Source: a virus (Duplodnaviria; Caudoviricetes). Taken from it: a stretch of DNA of 37,897 nt. The notes beneath the pieces are model-generated. The model was not told where the DNA came from, ran no database searches, and worked only from the letters and a program-made list of their open reading frames with translations. Positions 18,606 to 27,268 of this stretch are shown piece after piece. A program made the position numbers and the translations under genes. Each line of letters starts with the position of its first letter. Positions within the stretch are counted from its first letter, which is position 1. The stretch spans positions 1 through 37,897 of the IMG/VR virus record IMGVR_UViG_3300035670_000628, one strand, 5' to 3'.

Positions 18606-19223
18606 CTACATTTCCATTGAAGTTTGAAGATTCTGAACAGGTTCATTATAGTAATAAACCCCATCTACATATCTCAAGCACTTTTCTTGCTTGGCAAACC
18701 AGGAATGAATATTATCAGCAAGTTTATTCTTCCAAAATTCTCTGCCCTTGCCTTCTTTCAACTTGTCTGAATCTTTAAGCTTATTTCCAAAATTCAATTC
18801 AAAAAATTCAAAAACTCCATTTTGAGAAATTTGCTTTGTTGCTTTGAAAAAATTTCTGAGTTCTGGTTTGAATTCTGCAATAAATTCTTTAGTCCACACA
18901 GATCTGGTTTTGCGAGTTTTTTCAGATTCTGCAACCGCTTGCGGAGATGATTCTGAATTGTCTTCAGTTGATTGTGTAGATGTTTCAGCACTATCATCTT
19001 CTGACTCATTGCAATCTGATTCTACAAATGGATTGAAAAAATCATAAAATGATTTATTAATATCTTGATCAGGCAGATTTGATTCTTCTGAAAGCAAAGA
19101 TGCTTCTAAGATAGCTATCATCCGCAAACCGCCATAAATTTCTGAAGCGTTGAATTCTTTCTTGCCTTCGGTGTACTCAGACAGAAATTTTACTCCGCAT
19201 TGTTTGATTCTTTGATTTGACAT
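18606..19223 (-). CDS. hypothetical protein with C-terminal winged-helix (Mrr N-terminal-like) domain
   Basis: Acidic linker, then EFKPELRNFF...VFEFFE...LKDSD...FWKNKL. Confidence 0.5.
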   Translation of the reverse strand: MSNQRIKQCGVKFLSEYTEGKKEFNASEIYGGLRMIAILEASLLSEESNLPDQDINKSFYDFFNPFVESDCNESEDDSAETSTQSTEDNSESSPQAVAESEKTRKTRSVWTKEFIAEFKPELRNFFKATKQISQNGVFEFFELNFGNKLKDSDKLKEGKGREFWKNKLADNIHSWFAKQEKCLRYVDGVYYYNEPVQNLQTSMEM

Positions 19224-19259
19224 GTGTCTTATCCTTATGTTGTAATTACCAACGATATA

Positions 19260-19288
19260 AGTATAATCACACTTTTTGAATATGTCAA
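19260..19288 (-). promoter_or_regulatory. sigma70-type promoter
   Basis: TTGACA (19288-19283), 17 nt, TATACT (19265-19260) on the minus strand. Confidence 0.8.
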
Positions 19289-19290
19289 AT

Positions 19291-19328
19291 AAAAAAATGA
19301 ACTTGTAAGAAATTCTTACAAGTTCATT
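19291..19328 (-). terminator. intrinsic terminator
   Basis: AATGAACTTGTAAGAA/TTCTTACAAGTTCATT with minus-strand T tract. Confidence 0.75.
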
Positions 19329-19347
19329 AATCAGAAGAACAATCTAT

Positions 19348-22047
19348 TTATAACAATTTCACATCTGGAAAACCCGTAAGCACTTCAAATCCCATATTGT
19401 CCCAGTGTCTTTCATCGGCAAAAGGTCTGAAATTAATCCAATATGAATTGTCTGGTTGATAAGTTTTTTGCTCAAATACTTCTAATCCAGTGTGATAGAT
19501 CAAGTGAGCAAAGTTGACGTTTATTTCATCAAATGGGAAATCAACAGGCAATGGAGAATCAGCAACTAAATATCCATCTTCTGTAATAACAACCCTATTT
19601 TTAGAAACATATAAATCAAATTGAACTCTTCTATCTAATCCTTGCCAAGTTCTGTTTAAAGGATAGTCTCTTCTTTCAACACTAGGCCTAAAGAAAATTT
19701 CACCTTCATATTTGCCTGACAATGAATTAAATGTGGATCTATAAATGATCGCTCCTGAACGATTATCACAATAAGCATCCATCAGTTTGTTCAATGAATC
19801 TTTTGATGATTGCTTTGTCCACCAGTTTTCAGAAGTAAAGTTGATATCATCTATAAGCTTGAATGTTTCTGGTGTCCACTCATATTCAGCAGCACCACCA
19901 AATTCACCAAATCTAATCCAACCTGATCTTGGAGAATAATTAGATTCTAAATTGAATGCTGGAAACTTACTTCCATCAATAAATTTGGATGATAATTTAG
20001 CATTCAATTCACTACCACTTTGAGTAATAGAATTAACTACAAATGTTCCAACCTTGTATTCTGTCTTATAATCAACTCTTCTATAAGGTGTTGGATAGCT
20101 CCATATACTATTTCTATCAGCATACTTGACTGGAATATTATAAGATTTTCTAGAGCCATCAGCATTGTAGCCAGTATCAACATTTAAGTTATGAGAACCA
20201 GCACCAATTTGCCATCTGAATAATTTTCCAGATTTTGTGTTCATAGCAATTTTATCTGCTGCTTTACCTGAATAAACAGTTTCTCCAGCAGGTAATAAAA
20301 GAATATCGCACCATCTTCTACTACTAAAATGGGGATCAACTTCAAATGTAAGGTGAAGAACTTTATCTCCAGCTATATTTGCAGTTTTCTTAGGACTCAT
20401 CAACATTACACCATTGCTAACGTGTGGTGGAGCTGATGATAGTCCAAGCGTCCCTCCATCATAAATTGTATCCATAAAGTGAGAGCCCATTAAGAATACA
20501 GTTGAAGAACTAGTATCAAGGTCATCTAAAAAGAAAGACCATTTATCATTTTCATACCATCTTAATATAATGTCGCTTCTATTCCAATATTGCCAACTAG
20601 GACCACCAAATCTTTGAGCGACAATATCTAATTTTTGAGGCATTTGAACAATAGGTTGGAAATCTCTAAAGTTATCAAAGAAAACTTGCTCTCCAGTTAA
20701 TGTTCTTTGAATAGTGTGTACTTTATAAGGCGCTGATTTTGTAAGAACTATTGGATTATTTGATGGATCACCGTGGCCATTAATACCAGCATGAACTTCA
20801 CCATTAGGACCACTAGCACCAGGACCAACCATACCATCTATTTGTTGATAAGGACCAAATTTATCTAAAGCTTCTACAATCAAGTTGTATGATTGATTAC
20901 TTACTAATCCATTCATTTCAACCATATTGTAGCCAGATGAATACTTTGCTGTATTAGGATTATTCTCAACGTAAACTCTATAATCAACAGCTCCCGGCAC
21001 AAGATCAAACTTTACAACAACACTGTCATCATTAGGGGTAAATCCAGTAATATTAACTGGTGTACTAATAGATTGAGGTGGACCAAATCTTGTATTTATA
21101 TCTACTGCTGGTCCGAAAGTTTCTTGCTCTTGGAATCCATTTCTATTTACAGAAGCAACTACATATCTGTAAGTTTTTCCTGACAAAACATTTGTGTCAA
21201 TAAAATATTGTGACCATAAACCAGAAACAATTTTTACACCATCTCTGTAAATATTGTAGCTATTTGCAGAACTTTGATTATAGGATTGTTGGTCTTGCCA
21301 TTTTATAAAGTTTCTTGGTCTGTCATTATTCCATTCAGGAACAGCAATATACTTTCCAGGAGTTGCAGGAGGATTAGTTGTCCATCCAAAGTTATAATTA
21401 GGAGCATATTCACCTTTAGCAATAGCCAAATTAGAAGGGAATGATTCTAATCCATTCTTATCCACAGCTGAAACTGTATATGTCCAACCATCTTGAAAAA
21501 TAAATTTATCAATAGTGAATGAATTGGAATTAGACGAACCTATTTTTGTGCTATATCTATAAATGTTATATGACACAGCATTTGGACTAGGATCCCAAAC
21601 TAATTGATCATATGCACCATTATTCCAAAAACCAAATGATCTTAAGTTTGTGGGAGCTTCGGGATTCTTAAGTACCAATAAAGGAATTATCGCAGTGGAT
21701 TTGTTTGATAATTGTAAATACCCTGATGGCACTACACCGCAAACATAGTAATCCCATTTTTGCTGATACTTAACATTTCTATCAATAAAAATATTTTCAT
21801 TGTTCGTAAGTTTAGCATAAGGTTTATAATAATCAGGCTTTACACCTTGACCAACCCTATAAACAAAATATCTTGTGCATTTAGGTATCAAATCCCATCT
21901 CAATTTGACGTGATAATTAGATGGAGTACCCACGCAATAGCACAATTCTACTTGAGAAGAAAAATTTTTTACTTGTGGTGGTTTTTGAGCCAACGCACAA
22001 GAAATAAATGTGTACAAAAACACAAATAAAACAATAGCTTTCTTCAT
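19348..22047 (-). CDS. secreted protein with fibronectin type III-like repeats and uncharacterised beta-rich C-terminal region
   Basis: Signal peptide MKKAIVLFVFLYTFISCALA-Q; repeated W...YxVYR...Y.VSAV units; GGAGG SD. Confidence 0.75.
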   Translation of the reverse strand: MKKAIVLFVFLYTFISCALAQKPPQVKNFSSQVELCYCVGTPSNYHVKLRWDLIPKCTRYFVYRVGQGVKPDYYKPYAKLTNNENIFIDRNVKYQQKWDYYVCGVVPSGYLQLSNKSTAIIPLLVLKNPEAPTNLRSFGFWNNGAYDQLVWDPSPNAVSYNIYRYSTKIGSSNSNSFTIDKFIFQDGWTYTVSAVDKNGLESFPSNLAIAKGEYAPNYNFGWTTNPPATPGKYIAVPEWNNDRPRNFIKWQDQQSYNQSSANSYNIYRDGVKIVSGLWSQYFIDTNVLSGKTYRYVVASVNRNGFQEQETFGPAVDINTRFGPPQSISTPVNITGFTPNDDSVVVKFDLVPGAVDYRVYVENNPNTAKYSSGYNMVEMNGLVSNQSYNLIVEALDKFGPYQQIDGMVGPGASGPNGEVHAGINGHGDPSNNPIVLTKSAPYKVHTIQRTLTGEQVFFDNFRDFQPIVQMPQKLDIVAQRFGGPSWQYWNRSDIILRWYENDKWSFFLDDLDTSSSTVFLMGSHFMDTIYDGGTLGLSSAPPHVSNGVMLMSPKKTANIAGDKVLHLTFEVDPHFSSRRWCDILLLPAGETVYSGKAADKIAMNTKSGKLFRWQIGAGSHNLNVDTGYNADGSRKSYNIPVKYADRNSIWSYPTPYRRVDYKTEYKVGTFVVNSITQSGSELNAKLSSKFIDGSKFPAFNLESNYSPRSGWIRFGEFGGAAEYEWTPETFKLIDDINFTSENWWTKQSSKDSLNKLMDAYCDNRSGAIIYRSTFNSLSGKYEGEIFFRPSVERRDYPLNRTWQGLDRRVQFDLYVSKNRVVITEDGYLVADSPLPVDFPFDEINVNFAHLIYHTGLEVFEQKTYQPDNSYWINFRPFADERHWDNMGFEVLTGFPDVKLL

Positions 22048-22119
22048 TTTAATCCCTCCCCAGGTTTATTTTTTAGAACGAGAGCTATTGTTTTATTCTT
22101 GATTTAATAGGGTGATACT

Positions 22120-22368
22120 TTATAAGTTGTTGAATCCTACCTCTTCATAAATCTCCCAAATAGGACCAGCATTATTCAAGATGTGTTGATGAAGGCGAAT
22201 AAATTCTTCCCAAGAGTAATAAAATTCATTACCCATACTATCCATCAATTTTTCTTCGTCCCTGTAAATATAATAATCTTCAGGCCATTTTTGGGATCTA
22301 ACATTTAACTTAAGAGCAATCAAAGGACGGGTAATTTGACTAAACAGCTTCACGACATTTCTCCACAA
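22120..22368 (-). CDS. divergent DUF2829/Tad2-like protein
   Basis: VRSQKWPEDYYIY...WEIYEE; start uncertain. Confidence 0.4.
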   Translation of the reverse strand: MWRNVVKLFSQITRPLIALKLNVRSQKWPEDYYIYRDEEKLMDSMGNEFYYSWEEFIRLHQHILNNAGPIWEIYEEVGFNNL

Positions 22369-22897
22369 TATGTTTTAAAATAATTGCAGCATTATAAGCA
22401 TCCCAATAAGGATCGTGCTTTTCTCCAACAAACTTCAATCCCAACTCTGCTAAAGATCGTTCTAACCCATTGTTGTAAGGCTTTCCCATCACTAAACTAT
22501 AGAGCAAAGATATATTTAAGTATTCATTAGAAAAAGGATATCTGCACTGCTTTTCACGACATTCACTATACATCTTCTCATCATCATTACCCCAAGCAGC
22601 ACAAGGGACAGATTTTGAATTTAATTCTTTCATCACCATCTTGCACATATCACCAAAATCTTCGCCATTTTCAGCTTGCTCTTTTGTGATGCCAGTGATT
22701 CTTGTGCAGTATTCAGAAATTTCACTTCTTATGGGCTTACAAACAACATTGAATTTTTTGCTAATTTCTAGAGTTTTCAAATCTAGTATGCAAGCCCCAA
22801 GAGCAATCACCTCACGATACTTATGAAAATTTTCTCGCCCTTCCCAACAAGTGGCTTCTAGATCAAATACTACGATTCGATCACAATTGAAAGTCAT
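22340..22897 (-). CDS. DEDDh 3'-5' exonuclease (ERI1/KapD-like)
   Basis: VVFDLEATCW, CTRITGIT, AWGNDD, HDPYWDAYN. Confidence 0.9.
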   Translation of the reverse strand: MTFNCDRIVVFDLEATCWEGRENFHKYREVIALGACILDLKTLEISKKFNVVCKPIRSEISEYCTRITGITKEQAENGEDFGDMCKMVMKELNSKSVPCAAWGNDDEKMYSECREKQCRYPFSNEYLNISLLYSLVMGKPYNNGLERSLAELGLKFVGEKHDPYWDAYNAAIILKHIVEKCREAV

Positions 22898-23510
22898 TAA
22901 GTAAATTTCCCATCTTCAAATCTGTCAATATCTTATCATAATCTAAAGAATTATTTGCCCAATAACTATCACGGAAATATTGAATAGAATCATAATATTC
23001 TGAACGATCTTCGTAACCAATAATGATAGGATCTTGCCCTAAATCATTAAGAATTTTCTGAATTAATAATCTACCAGTACGACCATTACCATCTATAAAC
23101 GGATGAACTACTTGAAAGAAATGATGAATGTACAGGGCAGCATCAAGAGAATTGACAGAACCACTTTCCGATTCTCTCATTATATCTTTGGCAAACTTAA
23201 ACCACCGATCCATAAGAGAAGGAATTAATATAGAATTCGGACATAATTCGTGCCCAATGTAAACATCTACATTGCGATATTGACCAGAACTGTTTCTTTC
23301 CTCAAAATAAGGTATGCCACGAGTGAGAAATCTATGGATGTCTAATGGAGTATTAGCACTTAATTCCCAACCATCAGACAAAGCAAAATTTAGAGCTTTA
23401 AGATGATTATCGTACATATGACAACCAGGATAATTACCCATATAACCTGGCTGTGGATCAATCAAATTACTCTCACAAATAAAAATATGTTTCCAAGATT
23501 TAACAAACAT
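22881..23510 (-). CDS. Fic-domain protein
   Basis: Canonical HPFIDGNGRTGR; GQYRNVDVYIG. Confidence 0.9.
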   Translation of the reverse strand: MFVKSWKHIFICESNLIDPQPGYMGNYPGCHMYDNHLKALNFALSDGWELSANTPLDIHRFLTRGIPYFEERNSSGQYRNVDVYIGHELCPNSILIPSLMDRWFKFAKDIMRESESGSVNSLDAALYIHHFFQVVHPFIDGNGRTGRLLIQKILNDLGQDPIIIGYEDRSEYYDSIQYFRDSYWANNSLDYDKILTDLKMGNLLNDFQL

Positions 23511-23617
23511 TTTTACACCTCAAAAGCTTAATATCATATAGAAGCAAACACAACAATATAACAGAATAATATTAAAGTGATACAAATTTTAAATCACAAC
23601 TAGAGAAGGAGAAAATT

Positions 23618-23812
23618 ATGTCCATCTTATCAAAATTATTAAAAAAGACAGTTGGTGTTCCTGAAATAAATATTAATAAATTACCTTTCGCAAACAAAAT
23701 TGTCGGAGATTGGGAAACAAAAAATATGGAAGAACTTGTAAAGCAACTTCCAAAAGAAACTATCCAAAGACTTATCGATGCTTGCAATAGTGAATTAGAA
23801 AAAAGAAGTTGA
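23618..23812 (+). CDS. hypothetical protein
   Basis: 64 aa, AAGGAG SD. Confidence 0.7.
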   Translation: MSILSKLLKKTVGVPEININKLPFANKIVGDWETKNMEELVKQLPKETIQRLIDACNSELEKRS

Positions 23813-23883
23813 ATAAAGTTAGAAGATTGTTTGTTTTCTTTGTAATCGGTTTCATCACTTATCTTTTATTAACAATGAAATAA
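23809..23883 (+). CDS. 24-aa single-TM peptide (TTG start)
   Basis: MNKVRRLFVFFVIGFITYLLLTMK; TTGA overlap with the upstream stop. Confidence 0.4.
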   Translation: MNKVRRLFVFFVIGFITYLLLTMK

Positions 23884-23905
23884 AAGATTTTTCTGGAGGG
23901 AAAGT

Positions 23906-23995
23906 ATGAACGATAGAGACAGAAAACGTGATGCTTTATTTGTAATCTTATATAGCGTCATAGGATATTTGATAATTCTAATAGCGACAAGATAA
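23906..23995 (+). CDS. 29-aa single-TM peptide
   Basis: MNDRDRKRDALFVILYSVIGYLIILIATR; GGAGG SD. Confidence 0.55.
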   Translation: MNDRDRKRDALFVILYSVIGYLIILIATR

Positions 23996-24015
23996 ATTTT
24001 AAGTATAATTAACAT

Positions 24016-24801
24016 ATGCACGAATACTTAAATAAAGATTGTATCGAATATCTTGAAACACTGCAAGATAATTCTGTTGATCTTATCCTCACTGATCCAC
24101 CATACTTTATTGGATTTGATGGAGGAAAAGGATGGGATAAGCAATGGAATTCAGATCAACAATATTTAGATTGGTGTGAAAAGTGGTCAAAAGAATGCGC
24201 TAGAGTACTAAAGCCAAACAAGATGATGTGCGTCTTTGGTACTCTTAAATACAATACATTCTTACGATACAGATTAGAAATATTAGATAAATTACCAAAC
24301 TTCTTCCAACAACCAGAAATTATTTGGTCTTACAATTGGGGAGGAAGAAGCAAGACAAACTTTGCTAGAAAACACGAATTTATTTGGTGCTACTCTAAAG
24401 AAAAAACTTTTACTTTTAATGCTGATAGTGTAAGAACTGAACGCAAACAAAAAGTAAACATTAGAACTGGAAAAGAATACGAACAAGGAACTATCCCAAC
24501 TTGTGTATGGGAAAAGAATAATCACACAACTAGCAAAGAATATTGTAATTGGCATCCTACACAAAAACCAATCAGCATACTAGAAAGATTTATTGAAGCA
24601 TACACAAACCAAGGAGAAACAGTATTAGACATCTTTAATGGCGCTGGATCCACAATGATAGCTTGTGAAAATACTGGACGAATCTTTAAAGGATGCGAAA
24701 TTGATTCTGATTATTACGAAAAATCAATTGCAAGATATACCGAGCTCACTGGACAACAATATAACAATAACTTAATAAAACTACCAGGCAATCAACCCTA
24801 A
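24016..24801 (+). CDS. N4/N6 DNA methyltransferase, beta class
   Basis: LILTDPPY precedes HPTQKP and VLDIFNGAGST. Confidence 0.92.
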   Translation: MHEYLNKDCIEYLETLQDNSVDLILTDPPYFIGFDGGKGWDKQWNSDQQYLDWCEKWSKECARVLKPNKMMCVFGTLKYNTFLRYRLEILDKLPNFFQQPEIIWSYNWGGRSKTNFARKHEFIWCYSKEKTFTFNADSVRTERKQKVNIRTGKEYEQGTIPTCVWEKNNHTTSKEYCNWHPTQKPISILERFIEAYTNQGETVLDIFNGAGSTMIACENTGRIFKGCEIDSDYYEKSIARYTELTGQQYNNNLIKLPGNQP

Positions 24802-24829
24802 AGCAAGGTATTATATTTATAGTGCATTG

Positions 24830-24860
24830 AAGCCCTATTCTTTATGAATAGGGCTTTTTT
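24830..24860 (+). terminator. intrinsic terminator
   Basis: AAGCCCTATTC-TTTAT-GAATAGGGCTT plus T tract. Confidence 0.75.
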
Positions 24861-24877
24861 ATTTAGAGGAGGGTAAT

Positions 24878-25108
24878 ATGAAAACTAACATTGAAAAAAT
24901 ATTTTTTTACTTTATGCTCATCGTGGTAAGTGGTAGTATCGGATATGCAATAAAACCAGAACCACAAAAAGAAAAAACTAACCCCACACAAATTAGAGAA
25001 TGTGTGCAAGCTATACATATGATGCAAGATAAATCTAGCAAAAATTATTACACATCTAATGAGAAAACTAAAAAATTAGCAGCTATAGAAAGGATGATGA
25101 GAAATTGA
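24878..25108 (+). CDS. small membrane-anchored protein
   Basis: N-terminal TM segment; GAGGAGG SD. Confidence 0.7.
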   Translation: MKTNIEKIFFYFMLIVVSGSIGYAIKPEPQKEKTNPTQIRECVQAIHMMQDKSSKNYYTSNEKTKKLAAIERMMRN

Positions 25109-25138
25109 CACTCCTTGACCTACAAATAAATCTATACC

Positions 25139-25168
25139 TTGACAACCTCACAAATCCTAAGGTAAAAT
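25139..25168 (+). promoter_or_regulatory. sigma70-type promoter for a leaderless small ORF
   Basis: TTGACA, 18 nt, TAAAAT; ATG 5 nt downstream. Confidence 0.65.
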
Positions 25169-25173
25169 AAATT

Positions 25174-25263
25174 ATGAAACAACAACGAAAACTAGTAGAT
25201 CTAATCTTTGGACTCGTAGTAGTAATTGCAACAACGATTATTCTAAAAGTAGCTTGCGATTAG
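25174..25263 (+). CDS. 29-aa single-TM peptide
   Basis: MKQQRKLVDLIFGLVVVIATTIILKVACD with its own promoter. Confidence 0.55.
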   Translation: MKQQRKLVDLIFGLVVVIATTIILKVACD

Positions 25264-25292
25264 AATATTCTTTGGTATAATATAAATGATGG

Positions 25293-25573
25293 TCCAACTT
25301 AGCTCAGAGGAAGAGCAATCGGCTGTGGATTGATAGCAGCTTATTAGAGTAATTTAATATAGAAAATTGTCGAAATTCAGTGAAAACTAAGTCGAAAGAT
25401 ATGTCAACACTGAGCCAAGCCCGAAAGGGAAGGTGCAGAGACTATAATGACAACATCCTACTAGGTATTGCTAAGGATGATGGTATAGTCCAGACTACAA
25501 ACAGAATTTCTGGTAGTGAAAACTATAGTAGTAAGTAACCGATCGGTCGCTGGTTCGATCCCAGCAGTTGGAG
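25293..25573 (+). tRNA. trnN: tRNA-Asn(GUU), split; exons 25293-25326 and 25536-25573
   Basis: Joined exons give acceptor TCCAACT/AGTTGGA, anticodon arm ATCGG-CTGTTAA-CCGAT, T arm GCTGG-TTCGATC-CCAGC and discriminator G; TGGTATAAT upstream. Confidence 0.93.
25327..25535 (+). ncRNA. group I intron (209 nt, no ORF) in the tRNA-Asn anticodon
   Basis: P1 exon GCTGT with IGS GCAGC (U.G at splice site); P3 TTGTC/GACAA; P4 TCAGTG/CACTGA; P7 GACTA/TAGTC; P8 CATCCT/AGGATG; terminal G. Confidence 0.92.
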
Positions 25574-25580
25574 GTTATAG

Positions 25581-25614
25581 TCCCCATACTTTTGTATGGG
25601 GATTTTCTTTTTTT
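25581..25614 (+). terminator. intrinsic terminator after tRNA-Asn
   Basis: TCCCCATAC-TTTT-GTATGGGGA plus T tract. Confidence 0.8.
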
Positions 25615-25688
25615 ATATGGTATAATCAAATTTGAAACGAACATTGAATGGTAGTACAATAAAAAATACTACCAAAGGAAATCTTGAT

Positions 25689-26447
25689 ATGAAGAAATGC
25701 AAAAAGTGCGAAAATACCATACCTACCAGAGTTCACTTGGAAGGCAAGTTGATTTTGACTAAAAATCGATTGTATTGTTTTGATTGTTCACCTTTTAAAC
25801 AACATAATTTGAAGCAAACCCAAACAACACCAGAAAAGCCTGTTATGAATACCTGTCGTGTTTGTCAGAAAGAATATCCTGGGGGACATCAAAAGAATAG
25901 AAATATTTGCGGTATATGTCGTACAAACGATTTGAGAAAAAACAAAAAAATAAAATTAGTTGAATATATGGGAGGTAAATGTATTGTTTGCAATTATGAC
26001 AAATGTATTGCAGCATTAAGTTTTCATCATATAGATCCTCTTGAAAAAGAATTTGGTATTTCAAGCAATCTGACTAAACCATTTGAAGTTTTAAAAATAG
26101 AACTTAACAAATGCATTATAGTTTGTTCAAATTGCCACTCTGAAGTACACGCTGAAATGATTGAATTAGATGAGTATGTAGCTCTTCAAGATAAAATCAG
26201 ACCACATTATACTCCAGAAATAATGCCAGTAGTAAATTATGCACCTGTTGTAAAGATATCAAAAAGACCTGACAAAGAAACTTTGGAAAAACTTGTTTGG
26301 GAAATGTCTTGTGTCAAAATAGGTGAGATGTATGGTGTTAGTGATAATGCTGTGAATAAATGGTGCAAATTTTATGGAATACAAAAACCTGGTAGGGGTG
26401 ATTGGGAAAAAATAAAATTTGGAAAGCTAGATAAACCTACAATATAA
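25689..26447 (+). CDS. free-standing HNH homing endonuclease-like protein with zinc fingers and C-terminal HTH
   Basis: CIVC...LSFHHIDP...KCIIVCSNCHSEVH; several CxxC; C-terminal IGEMYGVSDNAVNKW; AAGGA before ATG 25689. Confidence 0.85.
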   Translation: MKKCKKCENTIPTRVHLEGKLILTKNRLYCFDCSPFKQHNLKQTQTTPEKPVMNTCRVCQKEYPGGHQKNRNICGICRTNDLRKNKKIKLVEYMGGKCIVCNYDKCIAALSFHHIDPLEKEFGISSNLTKPFEVLKIELNKCIIVCSNCHSEVHAEMIELDEYVALQDKIRPHYTPEIMPVVNYAPVVKISKRPDKETLEKLVWEMSCVKIGEMYGVSDNAVNKWCKFYGIQKPGRGDWEKIKFGKLDKPTI

Positions 26448-26465
26448 GGTATAATCTAGCTGTAA

Positions 26466-26537
26466 GGCCCGTTCGTCTAGTGGTCAGGATACGAGGTTTT
26501 CATCCTTGAGGCACGGTTTCGACTACCGTACGGGCTA
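26466..26537 (+). tRNA. trnE: tRNA-Glu(UUC)
   Basis: GGCCCGT/ACGGGCT; CGAGG-TTTTCAT-CCTTG; ACGGT-TTCGACT-ACCGT. Confidence 0.88.
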
Positions 26538-26562
26538 TTTTGTGGTATAATGAATTTGTTAT

Positions 26563-26633
26563 TCTCTGGTGGTGTAACGGTAGCACAGAGGTTTTTGGTG
26601 CCTTTAGTTGGAGTTCGAATCTCTACCGGAGAA
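26563..26633 (+). tRNA. trnQ: tRNA-Gln(UUG)
   Basis: TCTCTGG/CCGGAGA; GAGGT-TTTTGGT-GCCTT; TGGAG-TTCGAAT-CTCTA. Confidence 0.88.
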
Positions 26634-26638
26634 CCTTT

Positions 26639-26709
26639 GCTCCATTAGTATAAAGATAGTACGGATCTCTTGTAAAGATTGGGTAGGCGTTTGATTCGTC
26701 TATGGAGCT
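26639..26709 (+). tRNA. trnT: tRNA-Thr(UGU), divergent
   Basis: GCTCCAT/ATGGAGC; GATCT-CTTGTAA-AGATT; AGGCG-TTTGATT-CGTCT. Confidence 0.78.
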
Positions 26710-26756
26710 TCTTTCCCTTTTCTTTGTGATAAAATAATTTTCCAGAAAGTTTTTTT

Positions 26757-27071
26757 ATGTTCACTTTTCAAGATGTTTCAATTATAAATTATGCAAATCG
26801 TTGTAAAGCATATGATGTATATAAAGATGTGCTTGTTTTATTAGATGAAGATTACGATTTTCGAATTTACAATTTTATAGATAGTTTGCGTATTGATTCT
26901 AAAAAATTATGTGCTGTAATGGAAAACGAAGGAAGATTATTTCTTTTATGGCATAATGATATTCCAGAAAAATATACTGAAAACAAAGAAGTTATTGTTA
27001 AGTTCAAACATGATAAAAAATATTTGTATGATCTTTGGCAAATAACAAAATCTGTATCATTGAGCAGCTAA
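26757..27071 (+). CDS. hypothetical protein
   Basis: 104 aa; TGTGATAAAAT upstream. Confidence 0.65.
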   Translation: MFTFQDVSIINYANRCKAYDVYKDVLVLLDEDYDFRIYNFIDSLRIDSKKLCAVMENEGRLFLLWHNDIPEKYTENKEVIVKFKHDKKYLYDLWQITKSVSLSS

Positions 27072-27112
27072 TAAAAATTCAGGTTTACCTTTCCTTGTGA
27101 TATAATAAAGTT

Positions 27113-27268
27113 ATGAACGAAACAATCTTAATATCAATTTTATTTGCTTTAGTGGCAATAATGTTCGTCTTGATATTTATTGTAATTTTTCAGATTAAAA
27201 AAATCTTGAAGTCTTACGATAATAACTTTGAAGCTTTGAATAATAAGACAGCGAAATTGGTGGATTAA
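27113..27268 (+). CDS. 51-aa single-TM protein
   Basis: MNETILISILFALVAIMFVLIFIVIFQIKK...; TGTGATATAAT 6 nt upstream of ATG. Confidence 0.65.
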   Translation: MNETILISILFALVAIMFVLIFIVIFQIKKILKSYDNNFEALNNKTAKLVD

